IMG/VR virus record: IMGVR_UViG_3300001528_000580
Span: 32,001 to 96,000 of that record
Length of the DNA: 64,000 nt
Strand: one strand, 5' to 3'
Source of the DNA: a virus
Taxonomy: Duplodnaviria; Caudoviricetes
Made by a program: the position numbers and the translations under genes. Position 1 is the stretch's first letter. Every line of letters begins with the position of its first letter. A model generated the notes under the pieces. That model did not search any database. It was not told where the DNA came from and saw only the letters and a program-made list of their open reading frames with translations. Below are positions 58,105 to 64,000 of the stretch, piece after piece.

Positions 58105-58244
58105 AGAGGTGGCATAAAAACGTTCAACGCTGATAACGTCGAGGCTGTAGGTTCGAGTCCTATTATTATAGATAGATAATATCAAACTATAATATAGCTC
58201 AATTGGGTAGAGCACGTAAAAAATGTTTTTATAGTAATTCCTCT
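58105..58244 (+). ncRNA. circularly permuted tRNA-Ile(GAT)-like RNA
   Basis: 3' part (58127-58171) precedes 5' part (58188-58216); all four stems pair when rejoined. Confidence 0.75.
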
Positions 58245-58258
58245 TTTTATAAATTCAT

Positions 58259-58347
58259 GTCTGGGTATGCGAATTGGCATAGCAAATTGACTTAAAATCA
58301 ATTGTATTCCGAAAGGTATGAGGGTTCGAGTCCCTCCCCAGATACCA
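58259..58347 (+). tRNA. trnL: tRNA-Leu(TAA)
   Basis: GTCTGGG/CCCAGAT acceptor, ATTGA-CTTAAAA-TCAAT anticodon arm, long variable arm, GGTTCGAGTCC, encoded CCA. Confidence 0.92.
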
Positions 58348-58492
58348 TTTTTACCCAAGAGATTAAATAAAAAATAATCTCTTGGGTTTTTTTATGTATT
58401 TTTCTTAAATTAACGGTTCGAGTCCAGTTTTAATATTTTTTTATATTTTCTTTTATATGAAAAATTTTAATATGAAAGGAAGATATTAAAAA

Positions 58493-59467
58493 ATGACTAA
58501 ATATACTTTAGATGAATTTAGAGATGCAGTAGCTAACAGCAATAATATAAGACAAGTATGTTTAAAATTAAATATATCAGCTTATGGTGGTAGTTATGAA
58601 TATATAAAAAGAAAAATAAAAAAATATAATATTGATACAAGCCATTTTAATAAAAAATCAACAAAAAGAATTACTTGTTTTTCATTACCATTAGATATAA
58701 TTTTAGTCAAGGGAAGTTTTTATACAAATACATCTGTTTTAAAAAATAGATTAATTGCAAATGGAATATTAGAAAACAAATGTTATAGTTGTCAAAGGAC
58801 AAAGTGTGAAATTAATGGAAAAATGATAAATATGCCATTAGAATTACATCATATTGATGGTGACAGAAACAATAATGAAATAGAAAATTTAACTTTATTA
58901 TGTCCAATATGCCATAATTTGACTACTAATTTCAGGGGAAAGAAAAAAGTTAAAAAATTGTATATGTATTGTAAAAAATGTCATAAAGAAATTAGACAAA
59001 ATAAGTATGAATTATGTAAAGATTGTTATGTTGAAGAAAATTATCCAAGAGAAACAAAAGTATATCCAGCGTTTTGTTCAGAATGTGGAAGAGAACTTAA
59101 TAAATCAAAATCAGGATTATGTAGATCGTGTATTAATAAGAAAATGACTACACTTAATAAACCAAGTAAAGAAGTATTAGAAAAAGAGATACAAGAGAAT
59201 AGCTTTCTAGCATTAGGAAGAAAATATGGAGTTTCAGATAATGCTGTTAGAAAATGGTGCAAACAATATGGTATTGATTTTAAACATGGAATAAGAAAAG
59301 AATCTTTACAAGGATTAAAAAAAGGCAGAGAAACTCAAGCATATCAAGCAAAATTAAAAAGAATATGTCCTAAATGTGGGAAAAAGAAATCACCAGATTC
59401 AGAATTGTGTAGAACATGTTATTTAGAAGAAGAATTAAAGAAAAAACAAGCAACATATTTAAATTAA
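58493..59467 (+). CDS. HNH endonuclease with multiple Zn fingers and HTH
   Basis: CYSC...LELHHIDGDRNNNEIENLTLLCPICH; LGRKYGVSDNAVRKWC. Confidence 0.88.
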   Translation: MTKYTLDEFRDAVANSNNIRQVCLKLNISAYGGSYEYIKRKIKKYNIDTSHFNKKSTKRITCFSLPLDIILVKGSFYTNTSVLKNRLIANGILENKCYSCQRTKCEINGKMINMPLELHHIDGDRNNNEIENLTLLCPICHNLTTNFRGKKKVKKLYMYCKKCHKEIRQNKYELCKDCYVEENYPRETKVYPAFCSECGRELNKSKSGLCRSCINKKMTTLNKPSKEVLEKEIQENSFLALGRKYGVSDNAVRKWCKQYGIDFKHGIRKESLQGLKKGRETQAYQAKLKRICPKCGKKKSPDSELCRTCYLEEELKKKQATYLN

Positions 59468-59541
59468 TTTAAACAATTATAAGTTATAGATATTATATTA
59501 ATATAACTATTAATAACTTATTTATTATAAGGATAAAAATA

Positions 59542-60114
59542 ATGTTAGATGATAATAAATTATACTGTATACAATGTGGTAAAGAAAGAGAATTAGGAAG
59601 AAGATATTGTAAAGAATGTCATAAAAAAGTTCAAAGAGAAAGATTCAGAGAAAAATATAAAACTAAAGGAAGATATAGATATACTATTACTTGTATGTTT
59701 TGTAATGAATTATATAATTTAGCGGTAAGAAAAGATCAAAAGTTTTGCGAAAATTGTTGGAAAGAGAGATTACAATTTATAACTAAATATCATTCGACAA
59801 ATCAATATGAAAATAAGTTTGGTCAAAATAAACATAGACAAATTGTAGAATCAATATTGAATAGAAAGTTGTTTTATAATGAAGTAGTTCATCATTTAGA
59901 TCATAATCCAATTAATAATTCTATTGATAATATTATAGTTTTAGAAAGAAAGGATCATATGGCATTACATAATTATTTATATGATTATGAATTTAAATTA
60001 TATAAATTACATGGAAAACAGTATAAAGAATATTGGAATGGAACAATAGAAAAAGATGTTACATTAAAATATCTTAATGAAAATAAAATAAATTATATTT
60101 CTTTTGAAAACTAA
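59542..60114 (+). CDS. HNH endonuclease with N-terminal Zn fingers
   Basis: HRQIVESILNRKL..NEVVHHLDHNPINNSIDN...H...H. Confidence 0.85.
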   Translation: MLDDNKLYCIQCGKERELGRRYCKECHKKVQRERFREKYKTKGRYRYTITCMFCNELYNLAVRKDQKFCENCWKERLQFITKYHSTNQYENKFGQNKHRQIVESILNRKLFYNEVVHHLDHNPINNSIDNIIVLERKDHMALHNYLYDYEFKLYKLHGKQYKEYWNGTIEKDVTLKYLNENKINYISFEN

Positions 60115-60148
60115 TTTGACTTTTTATATAATTGTGCTATATTATATA

Positions 60149-60422
60149 TGTTGTTAGAGAAACGTTTTTTAACATCTTCTCCAAAAATCGTGAATTACCT
60201 TTTTCTCTAACAACACTTTTTTTAAAAAAATATTATAATAACACTTGATTTTTTAAAAAATTGATGTATATTATATTTTGTAATAGGAATAACAAACAAA
60301 TTCCTATTGGTTGATTAAAATTTTAACCATGTGGTATTAACTATTTCTTTTTGTACGCTTGTTTTTACGGTTTTCCACGAATTGATTTCAAATGAAAAAA
60401 GAAAAAAGAATACCGCATGGTT
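60149..60422 (+). ncRNA. two putative small RNAs (60149-60215, 60325-60422)
   Basis: Each follows its own promoter and is closed by a 14-bp terminal stem plus poly-T. Confidence 0.45.
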
Positions 60423-60698
60423 TTTTTATGCCTTTTTATTTGACTTTTAAAGGATTTTGGGCTATATTATGTGCAAACATATAAAAGGAGCTAGTAAAAA
60501 TGGATAAGAAGCAAATAGAGCCTGTTTCAGCCAAAAATAACAATAACAAATATATTCCTGACTGGTATATTGGAGAACCAAAACCTGTAAAAAAAATTAA
60601 AGATAATAAGAAAAAAGAACCTTACTTCAACGAATGGAGTTAATATTTCCTTATATTTTTATATTGTTAAAACATTATTAACAAAATATGAGGATTTT

Positions 60699-61234
60699 AT
60701 GAATGTAAATCTACCACGCTTAGTTTTAGTTGGAGAAGACGAAAAGAAACTTGGTTTAAATAATAAAGTAATTTTATTAAACAAACCAGTTATATCTATT
60801 GGTAGAAAGAATGGTAATAACGTTGTTGATTAAGTGGACATCATGCCGATATTATTATTTCCGAAAGCGCAGAGGGCGTAAAATACTTACTAATGGATAA
60901 TAATAGCACCAACAAAACATTTGTGAATGGTATGCCTGTTTTAGAAAAAGAATTGCATAACCAAGATTTAATAAGATTTGGTAAAGTTGAATTTATATTT
61001 CACGATGAGAATCAGAATGATCAATTATCATCAACTACTTTTTTAACCGATATAATAGATGATAATTGTGAAGGTGGAAAAACTGTTGAAGAAATAAAGA
61101 AAATGAATCCTATGTCAGAAAAAGAACAAAAACTTAAATTTCTTTTATTGACATTACTTATAGTATTTGGTGGTTCAATACTTATCTTAGTAATCTTTGC
61201 TTTTATTATGTTATCTCGTACTTCATTTATTTAA
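60699..61234 (+). pseudogene. frameshifted FHA-domain membrane protein
   Basis: ISIGR...VVD* (stop 60831), then in another frame LSGHHA...DNNSTNKTFVNG...LHNQDLIRFG; C-terminal TM helix. Confidence 0.75.
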
Positions 61235-61268
61235 TCATATTTTTTATTTGTTTGCATGTAATAATTTT

Positions 61269-61290
61269 ATATTATTATCGATAATAATAT
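61269..61290. repeat. orphan copy of the 22-bp palindrome
   Basis: ATATTATTATCGATAATAATAT between convergent genes. Confidence 0.9.
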
Positions 61291-61403
61291 ATTTTATTTT
61301 CATATTTAATAACAAAAAATAGATACTACTAATTTATAATATCTAGATAATAGTTTTTGTCAATAAATGTTATATTAATTATATGGTTTTACAATAGTTT
61401 TTG

Positions 61404-63754
61404 TCAATCTTCTTTATATTCAATATCAGTCCATTTTAATTCTTGAAGTTGAAAATATTTCCAGAAATCTTCTTTTGAGTTAATTTTATCAATTACTTCA
61501 TCAATAGCATATTCTTCATCAGAATAAACAAATGAATAAAGAGTTTTCTTATCTTTATTAATAAAAGCATTAACAACTCTATTAACCCAATATTCAGTAT
61601 CACCTTCATAGAATGGTCTTAGAAAACCAATTGGTGAATCCTTTAAAATTAATCTTCTTGTCATATTATTAAAATCCTTATTTTTTCAAAAGCAATTTTA
61701 ACTTTGCTTTATGTTCATTGATTGTTTTAATTTTTCTATTAATTTTATCAATAATATAATTGACACATTTTCTTTTCATCTCTTCGATTTTTTTATCACT
61801 TGCATTGAGCAAAACTGTTCTTACAGAATATTCAATATTATGGTTTGGAATAATCTTGTTTAAATTTTTTTTGGTACAATATGTATCTGGACTATCATAT
61901 TCAATTACACCATCATCACAATATTCTTCACCTTCTGATTGAATGATAGTAATTTCTGGATCAGCTCCACGATAAAGAGTTACATCAATTTCTGTTAAAA
62001 TAATCTTTTTCAATTTATTTTCCTTTTGGACAAATGATACATTTTTCAATATTTGTAAAACAAAGTCTGCAAATACCAAACTGATTATAAGAGCAATTAT
62101 TACAATTCATAATTTATCTCCTTATTCTATTTTTTTAATATATCTTTGAGGAAATTCAAATAAAGGTTTATTAATATATTCGTCATGAAGAGTAAAGCTA
62201 ATTGTAACAATGTTTCTTTCGGTATCTATTTTGTGAAAAATTGCAGTAGAAAGAACACTATAATCTTCATCAAGAACATAAACTTCTTCACCAATTTCAT
62301 AATGAATTTTTTCTATTGAATCATTATGAATGCTTAATGAAATTCCATCGCATAAAATAGTACAACCTTTTTTCCCAACATAAGTAATAACACCATCTTT
62401 ATAACGTCTATTAATATTGGAAATAGAATAATCATCCGTTGTAAACATAACTCTTTCGCATAAAACAAATCCTTTTTCATTTATGCTATTGATATAACGT
62501 AAATTTTTAATATTCTTATCAATCATATCGAATGTATTATTTTTATCTAATTTATATCCAAATATTTTTTGATAAACAATATTTGTCAATCCTGTTACAT
62601 CTATAATGAATTTAACATTACCATTTTGAATAATTTCAATAGTTTTTTCAATAGCTGTTTCATAATTTTCAAACATAAACGGTGAAACAATATATTTCTC
62701 ACCATTTAAATCTTTGATAATTTTATCAATTTGTTTGATATTATCTGGATTAATAATTTGCATAATTTACCTTATTATTTACCTTATTATTTACCTTATG
62801 GCATAAACATTCATTTCATCAGCACGAGGATGCCAACCACCATTTTCAGAAATCATACGCTTCAAACCTTCAATCTTGAAAGTTTTATTACTACGTTTAT
62901 CTGCAATAATGACAACAGGAAGTTTTTCAACACAAACATGATTGTGTTTTGCCCATTCAGCTTGTTCGATAACAATAATATTGCTATCCATAAACCGCCC
63001 ACGATTAACAAAAGATCTCAATTCTCTAATATTCAATTCCATTTTTTTATCCTTCAAATTTCATTTCATTTGCTTCTTCATAATATGATTCATATTGTGC
63101 AATATGTAAAACCAATTCTCTACACATTGCAACCCTACATTGATTAAATGCTCTTTTTGTATCTTCTTTTGTAGGATTCAATAAAGTAATTTCAGCACAT
63201 TCTACACTTGCATATATATCATCCAACGAATTTTCTGATATGTTAAAGCCAGTTTGATAATCGCAATATTGATAACCGCCACAAGTTAAACTAACTTTTT
63301 TACACTCATGATTAACAATATTTTTTACTATCTTCTTAGTAGTATGATCAATATAGATTTTTATTTTTTGAATAATATCCATTTACGTTTTCATCTCCAA
63401 TAATTCTTTAAATGTTTTTTTAGTTGCCCCACCCAAACCATCAAAACACAATCCTATATCATAATTATGAACACAATCAAACAATTTCAATATTGTTTTA
63501 ATATCTTCTTGTGTGAAGTCATCACGATTAAGTCTTTCAAGAATTTTTTTATTTACTCTTTCACTATAACGATTCGGTGTTATAAAATCTTTTGAATTAG
63601 GTTTTGTTGTAAGGTTAATGGTTACAGCAATACAAACTCCTAATGCTATTTGCTCATTAAATTCACTTTTTATTTGCTTAAACAATTCGTATTTATTCAT
63701 GATTATATTTCCACCATATTTATTTTGCTTCAATATACTATACACCAAAAACAT
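61404..63754 (-). CDS. six minus-strand hypothetical proteins (63383-63754, 63047-63382, 62791-63057, 62122-62763, 61678-62079, 61404-61664)
   Basis: Co-oriented coupled ORFs with RBS-like motifs. Confidence 0.55.
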
Positions 63755-64000
63755 TTATTTGCAACCATAAATAAAGAAATTTTCTATATTTTTTAAAATA
63801 AAAAAGGAATATAAAAGATGACATTAAACGATGCAATTGATCATTGTAAAGAAGTAGCTGAAACAAATGATTGTAAACCATGTGCAAAAGATCATATTCA
63901 ATTGATGAAATGGCTACAAGAACTTGTTAAATATAGACAAGAATTCGGTGATATACATTCATATGTTGGAGATGGTAATGATTTTTTATTTGAACCTTCT

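Noticed and set aside
1-64000. Stop-codon reassignment as in some large phages
   Set aside because: Genes are full length and densely packed in the standard code; no suppressor tRNA seen

Overview
Very AT-rich segment of a large (jumbo-type) bacteriophage genome, read with the standard genetic code. The host is uncertain; there are only weak hints of PVC/Lentisphaerae-like proteins. Four zones are visible. (1) 1-26.6 kb: dense + strand phage genes, including YopX, four modular discoidin/LamG lectin genes, an ATP-grasp, IF-3 with a non-AUG start, a SLOG/DprA-like protein, a GNAT and an intact IS200/IS605 element (tnpA+tnpB). (2) 26.6-27.2 kb: phased ATGCAT iteron-like repeats at a strand switch. 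(3) 27.2-52.2 kb: a 25-kb array of small self-contained expression units (terminator, 22-bp palindrome ATATTATTATCGATAATAATAT, promoter, 1-4 small genes). It has 28 palindrome copies, host-like codon usage, three HARE-HTH paralogs and one reverse-oriented small RNA whose loops are complementary to the array's shared mRNA leader motifs. (4) 54.3-60.4 kb (plus 40.8-41.5 kb): a tRNA/ncRNA cluster with three canonical tRNAs, HNH endonucleases and five Cas12a-type repeat hairpins with no cas gene in the window. This cluster also holds several RNAs that appear to mimic the translation apparatus: two copies of the 23S rRNA uL11-binding domain with large insertions, a circularly permuted tRNA-Ile, and a sister RNA with the same scaffold displaying a tRNA-Lys anticodon stem-loop. 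The palindrome array with its antisense RNA and the RNA-mimic/Cas12a-repeat cluster are the best candidates for undescribed systems. All calls are by eye; no database searches were run.
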